Source: Laetmonice hystrix
Lineage: Eukaryota
Assembly: GCA_965235115.1 (NCBI GenBank)
Contig: OZ249436.1
Location: forward strand, 30,194,001-30,258,000
Length of the DNA: 64,000 nt
Direction: 5' to 3'
Shown: positions 40,393 to 53,375 of the stretch, one piece after another
Layout of the letters: the number at the start of each line of letters is the position of its first letter
How positions within the stretch are numbered: position 1 is the stretch's first letter
Translations under genes and position numbers: made by a program
The notes under the pieces: model-generated
Told to the model about the DNA's origin: nothing
The model's database searches: none
The model's input: only the letters and a program-made list of their open reading frames with translations

Positions 40393-41262
40393 TCTCCTAC
40401 ACCTTTTCTCTCTGACTGTCTGTGGGCCTGTGTGTCTCCTACACCTTTTCTCTCTTACTGTCTGTGGGCCTGTGTGTCGCCTTCACCTTTTCTCTCTGAC
40501 TGTCTGTGGGCCTGTGTGTCTTCACCTTTTCTCTCTGACTGTCTGTGGGCCTGTGTGCCTCCTTCACCTTTTCTCTCTGACTGTCTGTGGGCCTGTGTGT
40601 CTCCTTCACCCTTTCTCTCTTACTGTCTGTGAGCCTGTGTGTCTTCACCTTTTCTCTCTGACTGTCTGTGGGCCTGTGTGTCTCCTTCACCTTTTCTCTC
40701 TGACTGTCTGTGGGCCTGTGTGTCTACCACACCTTTTCTCTCTGACTGTCTCTGGACCTAGCTGTGTGTCTTCACCTTTTCTCTCTTACTGTCTGTGAGC
40801 CTGTGTGTCTCCTTCACCCTTTCTCTCTGACTGTCTGTGGGCCTGTGTGTCTACTGCACCTTTTCTCTCTGACTGTCTCTGGACCTAGCTGTGTGTCTTC
40901 ACCTTTTCTCTCTGACTGTTTGTGGGCCTGTGTGTCTCCTTCACCCTTTCTCTCTGACTGTCTGTGGGCCTGTGTGTCTACTGCACCTTTTCTCTCTGAC
41001 TGTCTCTGGACCTAGCTGTGTGTCTTCACCTTTTCTCTCTGACTGTCTGTGGGCCTGTTGGTCTACTGCACCTTTTCTCTCTGACTGTCTGTGGACCTGT
41101 TTGTCTACTGCACCTTTTCTCTCTGACTGTCTGTGAGCCTGTGTGTCTCCTGCACCTTTTCTCTCTGACTGTCTGTGGGCCTGTGTGTCTCCTACACCTT
41201 TTCTCTCTGACTGTCTGTGGGCCTGTGTGTCTCCTACACCTTTTCTCTCTTACTGTTTGTGG
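40393..41262. repeat. Pyrimidine-rich minisatellite, 39-43-bp units, about 20 copies
   Basis: Consensus TCTCCTTCACCTTTTCTCTCTGACTGTCTGTGGGCCTGTGTG. It explains the cluster of repetitive ORFs at 40186-41532. Confidence 0.97.
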
Positions 41263-41456
41263 GCGTCCTTCTCCGAACCAGCTGGCATTTCTATCTTCGA
41301 CACAGTTGACAGAGGGACTCAATCCAATAACATTTCATTTCTTCTTCTCTTCTCCCTGGCTGTCGACATGGACGTCTCTCCATTCCTTGGACTAGTTGGT
41401 ATTTCTATCTTATCGACTACTCTCTTAATATACGATATTAATGATCCCCCTTTCAG

Positions 41457-41673
41457 TATACTCTGCAAGATCCGTTTATCGTACAAGAAGGGGACCGGAT
41501 TGGGTGGACCTTTGAGAACACCTATGGAGTGATCAGCTTCCAGTACGTCGAAGGTCATAGAACTTATTTCCGAAAGGTCGACGACGACAACTTTCCGGCT
41601 GTCGGGCAGAGCTATATTTTCGACAACATACACTTGCCCAGTATTTTCTCTGTTGCTGCTGAAATCTTAGCAA
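41457..41673 (+). CDS. Unknown domain, C-terminal half
   Basis: TTTCAG acceptor, phase 0, matching the previous donor. Reads YTLQDPFIVQEGDRIGWTF...FSVAAEILA. Phase-1 donor GTAAGT. Confidence 0.87.
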
Positions 41674-41830
41674 GTAAGTATGGTTTTGCTTTCCTTCACG
41701 ACCTCCAGATGCAGTATGATGTTCTAAAAAGTCCAGTTTTTTTTAGAAGAAATGCGTTCTTACTTGAATTTATATTTGTGGTGGTACCAATATACCATTC
41801 CTGAAAATCATATTCTTCGTTCCCTGACAG

Positions 41831-41917
41831 CACCACCATCCGTTGGCGCGACTGGAGCTACTGGTGCTATTGGCCCTGTCGGACCCGTAGGTCCCATCGG
41901 ACCTGTTGGCCCTATAG
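41831..41917 (+). CDS. First collagenous exon ([25 protein letters not shown])
   Basis: GACAG acceptor, GTAAAA donor, Gly-X-Y register. Confidence 0.88.
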
Positions 41918-42058
41918 GTAAAAACCTACTCTGTCACTTGTTACTGAGCAATATACCAATAATATTTCTCCTGGTCGTAAGTATTGAACGAATAAGTTAA
42001 TATAAAGAGATGACAATGATGATGATTGGAATATAAACGAAGATATTTTGTATAATAG

Positions 42059-43096
42059 GGCCTGCAGGTCGTGATGGTGTCGGTGGCGGTGGCGGAGCAG
42101 GATTTCCGGGAGCAACTGGTGCGCGTGGTCCCGTCGGACCGCAGGGTCTTCCAGGGTCTCCGGGCACTCCCGGCCGGGACGGTATCGGGCGTCCGGGACC
42201 GATTGGTCCCATCGGACCGCCTGGACTACCCGGGAGAGACGGCGGTGGCGGTGGCGGCGACGGCGACGGCGGCGGCGACGGCGGCGGCCGAGGGGGCCAA
42301 CCAGGGAGAACAGGGGCGACGGGTCCGTTCGGCCCGGTCGGCCCTACTGGAGGGACAGGAGCGATTGGTCCAACCGGACCCACAGGGGCTACCGGCCCAG
42401 GTGGTCCAACCGGGCCAACTGGAGCCACTGGAGCCCGCGGTCCTTTCGGTCGAACGGGCGCCACTGGTCTTGGAGGCACTCCAGGTCGAGATGGTCGTCC
42501 AGGGAGTGACGGTCGTCCTGGGGTCCCAGGAACGATCGGAGCCACAGGGCGGCAGGGTCCACCAGGGACTCCCGGTGCAAGTATCCCCGGCCAAGGAACG
42601 GCTGGCACACCAGGACGGACTGGAGCATCGGGCGCTACCGGCCCTGGGGGTCCCACCGGCGGCACGGGCGCCACCGGTCCCACGGGACCAACGGGGGCAA
42701 CTGGTTCTGGTGGACCGACCGGTCCTACAGGTGCGACTGGAGCAAGAGGACGGGACGGGCGAACGGGAGCCAGTGGATCATTCGGGCCTGCTGGACCAGC
42801 TGGTGCAACTGGAATACAAGGTGTGCCTGGAAGAGATGGAGGCCCTGGAGGAAGAGGTCTACCCGGGCCTCCTGGACCCCGTGGAGACGGTGGCGAGGGA
42901 AGCATCGGGGCGACAGGGGCTCCTGGAGACCCTGGTAGAGCGGGAGCACCAGGCCGCCTAGGCCCGTCAGGCCCAACAGGAGGAACAGGTGCCATGGGGC
43001 CAACGGGACCAACTGGGTCAACTGGGTCGTCAGGGCCTACCGGACCTACAGGAGGTACCGGTGCAACTGGTCCGTTTGGCCGGACTGGTGCGACAG
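42059..43096 (+). CDS. Collagenous exon with interruptions and Gly/Asp-rich hinge (346 codons)
   Basis: AATAG acceptor, GTATGT donor. The antisense Pro-Val ORF 41997..43238 mirrors the Gly codons. Confidence 0.93.
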
Positions 43097-43304
43097 GTAT
43101 GTAACAATGCAGCAGGAATGCAAAACAATGAGACACAAAAAATAATGAGTACAACTGAAAAACAATGGTTTTCGGACCAATGAGGTAACAGTAACACGAT
43201 GCAGAATTATTCAAACGCAGATATGAGAGATAATACACACTTGCCCTATTATGCGTTTGGACAATTATTTATTAGTTTGCTAATCAGGTACCATCTGTTT
43301 GCAG

Positions 43305-44933
43305 GTCTTCAAGGACGTCCTGGAGTTCAAGGCTTTACCGGATCAACGGGTCCCATCGGTGGAACCGGAGGATTTGGATCCACTGGGCCAAGAGGTCTAC
43401 CAGGGCCACCTGGCTCTGATGGAAGACCTGGCTTCACGGGCCCTCGGGGACCTCCCGGATCAGATGGAGCCCCGGGCCAGTCAGGACGTCCCGGATTTAC
43501 AGGATCGGCTGGTCCAGCAGGGAGACCTGGCAACGACGGCAGACCTGGCAACGACGGCAGACCTGGATCAACAGGGCCCCCTGGCAGGGACGGGCGTCCT
43601 GGAGGGCCGGGCGGTGCTGGACCATCGGGCCCCACGGGTGGGACCGGTGCGATTGGCCCCACGGGACCGACTGGGTCAACAGGAACAACCGGCCCGACTG
43701 GTCCTACTGGAGCTACTGGAGCGCGTGGACGTGATGGACGAACCGGAGCAACCGGTACGTCCGGTTCCCCAGGGCGCGAGGGCGGACCTGGTCCTGCCGG
43801 CGCTACTGGTCAGAGGGGGCCAGAGGGAGGGCGAGGATTGCCTGGCGCAACTGGAATACGGGGTGTTGACGGAGGAACTGGACAGCGGGGATTCCCTGGA
43901 GAAGCAGGACCTCAGGGAGGTAGAGGAGATCCTGGACCACGTGGCCCGCTCGGTTTTACTGGAGCAACTGGACCTCTAGGTCGACCCGGAGGACCAGGAC
44001 CGGGTGGAGCTCCAGGCAGACCAGGAGCTACAGGTCCACGAGGTGGACCAGGAGCCGATGGCCGACCAGGAGGACCAGGACCTTTTGGACCATCTGGGCC
44101 CACCGGAGGCACTGGAGCAAGAGGACCTACCGGTCCGACAGGATCTACGGGTGTCACAGGACCTACTGGGCCAACTGGTGGTACTGGAGCAACTGGACCG
44201 TTCGGAAGGACTGGGGCTACAGGAACACGGGGTCCGTTTGGTTTTACTGGATCGACAGGTCCAGCTGGACCCAGGGGACAGTCTGGTTTTCCTGGGGAGA
44301 CTGGGCGTCCTGGCCCAAGCGGCCCTCGTGGATTCACAGGAGCTACAGGCCCCCTAGGATTTACTGGAGCCACTGGTCGACGCGGAACCGATGGAAGGCC
44401 TGGTGAAACTGGTCCTCGTGGCCCCTCAGGAGGCCCTGGGGCTACTGGAATCTCGGGACGACCTGGTGCAACTGGTGCTACAGGCGGATTCGGCCAACCA
44501 GGACCAGCAGGCAGGCCAGGGTCAACTGGACCACTCGGTCCCACAGGAGGAACTGGTGCCACTGGACCCACTGGTCCAACCGGGTCAACTGGTACCACTG
44601 GTCCAACAGGGCCTACTGGAGGCACTGGTTCGACGGGTCCCGTGGGCAGAACGGGTGCAACAGGAGGTAGAGGCTTCCCAGGATTCACTGGATCAACTGG
44701 TCCCTCAGGCCAACCAGGTCGACCAGGATCAACTGGTCCACAAGGGCAGACTGGATCCACAGGTCCATCTGGTCCTCGTGGATTCACAGGAAATACTGGC
44801 CCGACTGGTGCAACAGGAATCCGCGGCAGAGATGGATTCACAGGGGCTACTGGTCGCCCTGGTCAGACTGGTAGTTCTGGCCGAGACGGCGCCACAGGAC
44901 CGAGAGGCCCGGAAGGACCAAGAGGGTTCCAAG
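43305..44933 (+). CDS. Collagen exon, 181 triplets
   Basis: ORF 43199..44941. TGCAG acceptor, GTATGT donor. Confidence 0.95.
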
Positions 44934-45092
44934 GTATGTAGTTTAACTAACAAGTCATCTACATCTGAAATAGTCTGGGATGACTCTTACTAGCTAGATA
45001 AGTCAGTTTACTATTTGGCCAGTTACCATTTATAACCATATATCGACCAATCACTCTTGAAACTTAGATGTAACCTATCCGTGTGATTTCAG

Positions 45093-46001
45093 GTGCAACT
45101 GGTTCAGTTGGTTCAACTGGCCGCTCTGGTCCGGAGGGTCCTCGTGGTTCGCCAGGTGATGACGGAAGTACCGGTCCCATGGGTCCAACTGGTGGTACCG
45201 GGGCGGCTGGTCCAACCGGACCTACGGGATCCACTGGAACCACTGGCCCAACTGGACCTACTGGAGGAACTGGAGTAACTGGTCCAACTGGACGGACTGG
45301 TGCTACCGGAAGTCGTGGTCGGCCAGGCTTCACCGGCGACAGAGGCCCTCAGGGATTTACAGGGGCATCAGGGCGTGATGGAAGGCCAGGCTTCACTGGT
45401 GCAACAGGACCACAGGGACGAACAGGAGAAACGGGCTCTACGGGCCGACCTGGTTTCGATGGAGCTACAGGACCAAGGGGCCAACAGGGTTTCACGGGAG
45501 GCATAGGACCGCGTGGGCCACAAGGATTTACGGGAAGTACCGGACCCAGCGGTGGCACTGGGTCGCCAGGAAGGACAGGTCCTGAAGGGCGACCTGGTAC
45601 CCCAGGCGGTGATGGACAAACTGGAGGTACTGGTGCCAGAGGCCCAACAGGTCCAACCGGCTCCACAGGTACTACGGGACCAACTGGGCCAACTGGAGGT
45701 ACGGGATCAACTGGCCCCACGGGTCGAACAGGAGCCACTGGAAGTATAGGTCGGCAAGGGTTTACGGGAACTACTGGACCAACTGGTCGTACTGGTGCTA
45801 CTGGTCGAGATGGTCGTCCCGGACAGACTGGGTCTACCGGTCGTCAGGGACCACAAGGCTTTACTGGTGCTACTGGACCAAGTGGTCCGCGAGGTTTTAC
45901 TGGTGGAACCGGCAGGGAAGGTGCTACTGGAGAGACTGGTCCACAAGGTCCTAGAGGATTCTCTGGTGGTACTGGAGATAGAGGACCAACTGGTTTCACC
46001 G
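45093..46001 (+). CDS. Collagen exon, 101 triplets
   Basis: ORF 45083..46045. TTCAG acceptor, GTAAGT donor. Confidence 0.95.
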
Positions 46002-46618
46002 GTAAGTCATGTCCTGTCGCGATGACCTTACCAGTCAGGCACTAATAGCTAATAGCTAATTATTGACGAAGGCATCTTATACGATATTTCCTTAACATTT
46101 CTTCTGAATAATATTTTCTAGAAAATTTGAACAAATGATGTCAAGTTACATACATACGTGTGAGTCTCCCTGAAATGCAGGTCCATTCCTAGGACTTGAA
46201 GTACGTTGTGTTGTATTAATATTTTTTCATAATCCTGTCCCTAATCCTAACCTTAACCGTAATCCATTTGTATTTTCTTAATTATATTGTCTTGTACAAC
46301 ATGTACCACGAAGTTGATGACCTACGACCTGCATAACCAAGGAATCCAGGTCCGGCGGATCTCCATTCCGGCGGACTTACATTCCGTTCACACCTGCTTA
46401 GTATTTGCAAATGAATATCAGCTTATATTACAACTTTTCTTTAGATACTACCCTAAGATAAGTTTTTATCTTGTCGAATATTTTCCTTTAAATACCCGAT
46501 GTTGTTTTCCCGTTATTTGTGCTGTTTGCTTGTGTTTTAACCTCCATGTGCGTTGCTATGTTACATTTACATGAGTTGTAGAAGGATTATTTTTAAATGA
46601 TACTTTTAAATCTTATAG

Positions 46619-47059
46619 GTTCCACGGGGCCGACTGGTTCCACTGGTCCTCGGGGCGGCGACGGACGTCCCGGTTCAGATGGAAGGCCTGGTTCCACTGG
46701 CCCATCTGGTCCAACTGGAGCAACTGGCAGAAGAGGACCCACCGGCCCGACTGGGTCTACTGGAACAACTGGACCTACAGGTCCAACCGGAGGCACTGGA
46801 TCAACTGGTCCAACAGGCAGAACAGGTGCAACAGGACCTCGAGGTCGCTTTGGATTCACTGGCGCCACCGGCCGACCCGGAGGCGATGGCCGACCTGGTG
46901 ACAGAGGGCCTGTCGGTAATACAGGAGCTACAGGACAGCGAGGATTTGATGGTTTCACTGGCCCCACCGGTCCAACAGGAGCAACCGGGAGACGTGGACC
47001 GGAGGGACCGGAGGGAAGAGACGGGGCTACTGGAATACGTGGACCCAGTGGATTTACTG
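46619..47059 (+). CDS. Collagen exon, 49 triplets
   Basis: ORF 46597..47157. TATAG acceptor, GTAAGC donor. Confidence 0.93.
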
Positions 47060-47182
47060 GTAAGCGATTTTCCTTGGTTATAAAAAGGCGTTTGTACGAC
47101 CCAATCAACTTTTTAGAAGTGTCTTACAGTTGTTTCTTTTCCTCGCCTCTTTACTAATTCAATTTCGTGCGTTTTATTTAAG

Positions 47183-47614
47183 GATCAACCGGACGTCCAG
47201 GGCCAATAGGTGCAACTGGTCAATTCGGTTCAGATGGTCGCCCAGGAACTCCAGGATCAACAGGACCGTTAGGACCCACTGGAGGCACTGGAGCTACTGG
47301 ACCAACTGGACCTACTGGAATAACAGGTTCTACTGGGCCTACTGGGCCTACTGGAGGAACTGGTTCCACAGGGCCCACGGGAAGGACAGGAGCAACAGGT
47401 GTCCGTGGACCGCAAGGATTTACTGGATCATCTGGTCCAAGAGGCTTTGTAGGAGAAACTGGATCTACTGGCCCGGTCGGTCGTACTGGAGCAACTGGTA
47501 GAGATGGAAGAGATGGAGCAACTGGATTAACTGGACCTAGAGGATTTACAGGATCAACTGGCCCGACTGGATTTACTGGTTCAACTGGACCCCAAGGACG
47601 CGACGGCCGCCCAG
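47183..47614 (+). CDS. Collagen exon, 48 triplets
   Basis: Read manually as Gly-X-Y. TTAAG acceptor, GTATGT donor. Confidence 0.92.
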
Positions 47615-47779
47615 GTATGTAAAGCATCTAGCATAGTTCCCTTACTTTAGTTCTACATCGTTGTTTTCTTTCGTCCTGCCAGTATTGACTAAAAAATGTT
47701 GGCTCTAAATATTGATGAATGAACTCGTTTAAGAGCTAAGGGTTAAAATTTGGCGTTCATCAATATCTATTTTCTTTAA

Positions 47780-48220
<441 letters not shown>

Positions 48221-48444
48221 TGATCATTGTTTATGAACGAAAGGGAAAGTTTAAGTGCTTTTCTGCAGCTTCGAATAGCTTATCCCGCTAAGATACGCCG
48301 CTACTCTTATTACCAGTGGGTATTTTAGTGTAATACGCCTATAAATGATCTGAAATCTGATGCTGAATAAAAGAAGAAAGTAAAAACTCTACTTCAAAAA
48401 TACTCCAGTAGGCATGTAAAGAATGCCATTGTAATTGCTCACAG

Positions 48445-49029
48445 GTTCGACTGGTCCGGTTGGAAGTACTGGCTCGACTGGTCGACAAGGTCGGGATGGG
48501 TCTACTGGAGCCATAGGCCCAACTGGTCCCTTTGGTTTTACTGGATCAACTGGACCGTCTGGTCCAACAGGAGCAACTGGGCGTAGGGGTCCAACCGGCC
48601 CTACGGGCTCTACTGGTACAACTGGACCGACCGGCCCAACAGGAGGAACGGGTTCAACTGGTCCAACTGGACGGACCGGAGCGACAGGTTCGAGAGGACC
48701 CCAAGGATTCACGGGAAACACCGGACCTGAGGGACGTACTGGTGCATCAGGCCGGGACGGACGCCCTGGAACCACTGGTGCAACCGGTCCTATCGGTTCA
48801 ACAGGCCGTGACGGTCGGCCCGGATTCACTGGTGCCACTGGGCCCTCGGGTCGAACAGGCGCCACTGGTCTGAGAGGCCGTGAAGGATTCACAGGGTCGA
48901 CGGGTCCGACAGGGAACACTGGCGCGACGGGTCGGGACGGTCGTCCAGGCCGGGACGGTGCGACTGGATTAACGGGTCCAGGCGGCAGGCCTGGAGCCAC
49001 AGGTCTCTCCGGTCCAGATGGAAGACCTG
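48445..49029 (+). CDS. Collagen exon, 65 triplets
   Basis: ORF 48435..49061. CACAG acceptor, GTGAGT donor. Confidence 0.93.
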
Positions 49030-49245
49030 GTGAGTGTTTTTCTACAACGTCACACACCTAGTACTCTGTTTAGATGGAATTAATAAGATATTATAAATGA
49101 TCTACTCGAGGACTTGAAAGTCGTCCAGTTATACAAAATAATGAATAATATATTCCAATTGCAGTTTTCTTTATACATTTTGCATTATGATAATATGAAA
49201 CTCCCTACTGAGTTTAACCGCTTCCATATTCTTTCTGTGATACAG

Positions 49246-49794
49246 GGAGGCCAGGGTTTACTGGAGCGACTGGTCCAGGTGGTCGGGAAGGCCGTGACGG
49301 AGCAACTGGATCCACTGGACCCAGCGGCCCAACTGGTGCAACTGGTTCCCGTGGCCCAACCGGCCCAACAGGTTCAACTGGAACAACCGGTCCTACAGGT
49401 CCAACTGGAGGAACTGGTTCTACAGGACCCACTGGACGAACTGGAGCAACAGGAATGAGAGGTCCTGAAGGTCAGACAGGTGCAACTGGCCGGGACGGCC
49501 GACCTGGATTTACGGGTTCGACTGGGCCCACCGGCAGGACTGGAGCTACTGGCAGACAAGGACGTGACGGATTTACTGGAGCCACTGGTCCACAGGGCCC
49601 GCGGGGAGAGACGGGTGGAACTGGCCGCGAAGGCTTCACCGGAGCCACAGGACCGACGGGTAGAAGTGGTGCCACTGGTCGGCAAGGTCCTCAAGGATTT
49701 ACCGGCAGGCCTGGACGTGACGGTAACACTGGATCTACAGGTCGTGTCGGACGGACCGGCGGCACTGGAGCAACTGGTCCAACTGGATTTACAG
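49246..49794 (+). CDS. Collagen exon, 61 triplets
   Basis: TACAG acceptor. Weak GTACCA donor placed where Gly-X-Y ends. Confidence 0.88.
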
Positions 49795-50358
49795 GTACCA
49801 TGGAGATTGAGCAACATTTTTATAACTAATACCCTGATACAATACATCTTACCTGAGGTTACAAACAGTAAGCAACCATATGATAAATCAGGCCATATCA
49901 TTCATGATAGTGTCCTAGCAATATAGCACAATATTATAGAAAGTGGCCCAAAAGACGCAACGGCATACCTAGCCATATGGGGGACCTAAATCATTGATTT
50001 GAATTCGTTGAGGAATTTTTGTTTAAAGGAGAATGACATCAAGAACTCCTGATTCGATTCAGTGGTATTGATTTTAGAACCATTTTACTGAAGCAAAGTA
50101 ATGGCCATTTGATCTTGGCTGAATGGAATAGAAATGACCATGATCCATGTCATAGCTAATTAATTGTTCAATGACACCAAAGGGAATCAGTATGATGTAA
50201 TGACGTGCTGTTGAAAGGGGTGCTCTCGGATTGCGCTAGAATGATTAGGGAGACAGTTGGGGCCAGATGTATGGTTCTCATCTACATCAAAACAGCCACA
50301 AAAATGGCTCTAGAATCAAAACCACTCAACCGAATCAGTGGTGTTCTTGGTGTCAGTC

Positions 50359-50526
50359 NNNNNNNNNNNNNNNNNNNNNNNNNNNNNNNNNNNNNNNNNN
50401 NNNNNNNNNNNNNNNNNNNNNNNNNNNNNNNNNNNNNNNNNNNNNNNNNNNNNNNNNNNNNNNNNNNNNNNNNNNNNNNNNNNNNNNNNNNNNNNNNNNN
50501 NNNNNNNNNNNNNNNNNNNNNNNNNN
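50359..50526. other. Assembly gap (168 N) inside an intron
   Basis: Run of N. Confidence 1.
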
Positions 50527-50666
50527 TATATGGCAGACGTGCGCCGTTGCGTCTTTTTAGGTCCCCTATAAAACGAGTTTTAGTCCGATTCAAGCTGGCC
50601 CATACTTTATAACCGTAAGTCTATTGATGAATGTAATTTGACAAGCAAAGCAACTTTGTTCTTAAG

Positions 50667-50882
50667 GATCTACTGGCCCAATGGGAGCGACTGGAAGGGA
50701 GGGCCCTTCTGGTCCACAGGGACGAGATGGATCCACTGGATCCACTGGACCAGGTGGCCCAACTGGTGCAACTGGTTCCCGTGGCCCAACCGGCCCCACT
50801 GGTTCAACTGGAACAACCGGTCCTACAGGTCCAACTGGAGGAACTGGTTCTACAGGACCCACTGGACGAACTGGAGCAACAG
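50667..50882 (+). CDS. Collagen exon, 24 triplets
   Basis: TTAAG acceptor, GTGAGA donor. Confidence 0.9.
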
Positions 50883-51047
50883 GTGAGAAAACAATGAAGA
50901 GAAATTAAAAATGTAAGTCTAAGAAATCGTTAGAGTCCTTAAGAAACTTTCAAGGTTTGAACAATTTGAAACAGTTACATCTTTTATATTTAAAATACAT
51001 GAGGATTATTTGATTTCAATATACATTACGTAATGTTTTCGTCTCAG

Positions 51048-51452
51048 GTTCACGGGGACCCCAAGGATTCACTGGAACAACTGGGCCGACTGGTCGTACT
51101 GGTGCTACTGGATTCCCTGGTCGTGACGGTGCCACTGGTCTCCGTGGACCGCAGGGACCGCGAGGTTTCACTGGAGGGACCGGCGGGAGAGGTGACACTG
51201 GTACTACTGGACCGACAGGTCGCACTGGAGGCACAGGAGCCAGAGGTCCCACCGGCTTCACCGGCTCAAGAGGTCCTGAGGGACGGGTGGGCGCTACGGG
51301 TCCTCAAGGACCTCGTGGTTTTACTGGCGGCCCCGGACGAGACGGGAGAACAGGAGCGACTGGACGGCAAGGATTTTCTGGTGCGACTGGTCCGCAGGGA
51401 CCACGTGGTGAGACTGGAAGTACAGGACCCGGAGGACGACCGGGCGGCCCAG
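51048..51452 (+). CDS. Collagen exon, 45 triplets
   Basis: CTCAG acceptor, GTATGC donor. Confidence 0.92.
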
Positions 51453-51683
51453 GTATGCATTTTATAATCTTCATGGGAAAGTAGGAACATAATCAGAAAA
51501 TATGTTAGAAATAACGTATGAAACAGTCTATACTTGACAGATGTCACATGCAGATGATTTTGGATGTTTATTTTTCAACGTCAAAGCTAGGTACTTGATT
51601 TTACATATTGTATTATGCCTGTTGGGCACAAGTGTTAATTCCCATGAAAACGCAAAGTGAAAAGACACATGACCTCATTCCAG

Positions 51684-51845
51684 GCCGTGATGGTGACACT
51701 GGCGCTACTGGACCCAGCGGACCACAGGGAAGGGAAGGCTTCACTGGTCCCAGAGGACCTGAGGGTTTCACTGGTGCAACTGGTCCAAGTGGTCCCACTG
51801 GAGCAACAGGTCGTGCCGGACCTACTGGGCCAACCGGCTCCACAG
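51684..51845 (+). CDS. Collagen exon, 18 triplets
   Basis: TCCAG acceptor, GTTAGT donor. Confidence 0.9.
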
Positions 51846-51998
51846 GTTAGTGTCTCGTCCATTCCTTGTTTCAAGGCGATTTCGGTTATCGTAAACAAAT
51901 AATGCTAAATTTGTAGCTTGGATGTCACCTTCTCTACCGATCACTGATGATTGATATCTTTAAGAAGCCAATTCCTAACACGCCTCAAATAATTTTAG

Positions 51999-52484
51999 GT
52001 ACAACTGGTCCGACTGGCCCCACTGGTGGCACTGGATCAACTGGCCCCACTGGAAGAACAGGAGCCACTGGTAGAAGAGGACCTCAAGGTTTGACGGGAG
52101 CCACAGGACCGACAGGCCGGACAGGAGGGACAGGTCCTCAGGGACGTACCGGATTTACAGGATCCACAGGACGACCTGGATTTACTGGAGCTACCGGTCG
52201 TGACGGGCGCAGTGGGGCAACTGGTTCCACTGGTCCGACTGGATTTACAGGTTCTACAGGCCCTCAAGGTCCGCGAGGTTTCCAGGGAGGAACTGGACGT
52301 GAGGGTCCAAGAGGCCAGACTGGCAGCACAGGTTCTACAGGTCCAGGTGGACCCATTGGTGCCACCGGGTCTACTGGTCCAGGCGGTCAGCCAGGAAGGG
52401 TTGGAGGTACAGGTGCCACTGGTGTACCTGGACCCACTGGACCAAGGGGATTTGATGGCGGAACAGGCCGTGACGGCTTTACAG
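51999..52484 (+). CDS. Collagen exon, 54 triplets
   Basis: TTTAG acceptor, GTACTT donor. Confidence 0.9.
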
Positions 52485-52593
52485 GTACTTAGCTTCATTA
52501 TTTACTGGAAATATTAATTCATTGCTGTCGTTTGCTGAATACCGTCATATACCCATAGGCCTACACGCATTTATGACATGATTTCGTTTTAAG

Positions 52594-52935
52594 GTGCAAC
52601 TGGTCCTTCTGGACCAACTGGTGCCACTGGCGGTAGAGGGCCTACCGGTCCCACTGGCTCAACCGGGACAACCGGTCCAACTGGCCCTACTGGAGGTACT
52701 GGATCAACTGGACCCACCGGCCGAACTGGTGCTACTGGCAGGCAGGGACCGCAAGGAGTTACTGGAGCGACGGGCAGAGACGGCCGCGATGGAAGGACCG
52801 GCGGAACTGGTTCCACGGGACCGAGCGGGCGGACTGGTTCAACTGGACCGCAGGGACCAAGCGGCTTCACCGGATCTACTGGTCCTACCGGTCGCACTGG
52901 TGCTACGGGCTTCCAAGGTCGACCCGGGTTTACAG
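52594..52935 (+). CDS. Collagen exon, 38 triplets
   Basis: TTAAG acceptor. Weak GTGCTG donor placed where Gly-X-Y ends. Confidence 0.85.
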
Positions 52936-53186
52936 GTGCTGACATTGGTCAAAATATTAATAATGGTTAAAATCACCTGATAAAAATTTGAAAGGGTCCA
53001 CAATTTAGTTTGTTCCTATAATACAATGTGCAGTTGAATCTCATCCTTGAAGATTTGACGCTTTGGTATCTTTGAATCAGGTACACCCTCCCCCGTCCCT
53101 CAATCTGAAGCCATCAAGCTACACAATAGTGTATCCATACTCAAATAGATAAAACATAATTAAGTCTTTCTCCAACATGTTAAAAG

Positions 53187-53375
53187 GCGCACCTGGTCGG
53201 GACGGCCGCCCTGGAGAGACTGGATCAACGGGTCCTACCGGACGTACAGGAGGCACTGGTAGAGAAGGTCCGCGTGGGTTCAGTGGTGCACCCGGCCGTG
53301 ATGGACGTCCTGGAGACCCTGGACGAGAAGGTCGGCCCGGATTCACGGGGGCCACTGGACCAACAGGATTCACAG
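53187..53375 (+). CDS. Collagen exon, 21 triplets
   Basis: ORF 53177..53434. AAAAG acceptor, GTGGGT donor. Confidence 0.87.

Noticed and set aside
40186-41532. Cys/Leu-rich and Arg/Lys-rich repetitive ORFs
   Set aside because: Translations of the 42-bp minisatellite.
50205-50612. ORFs spanning the N run
   Set aside because: Artefacts of the assembly gap.
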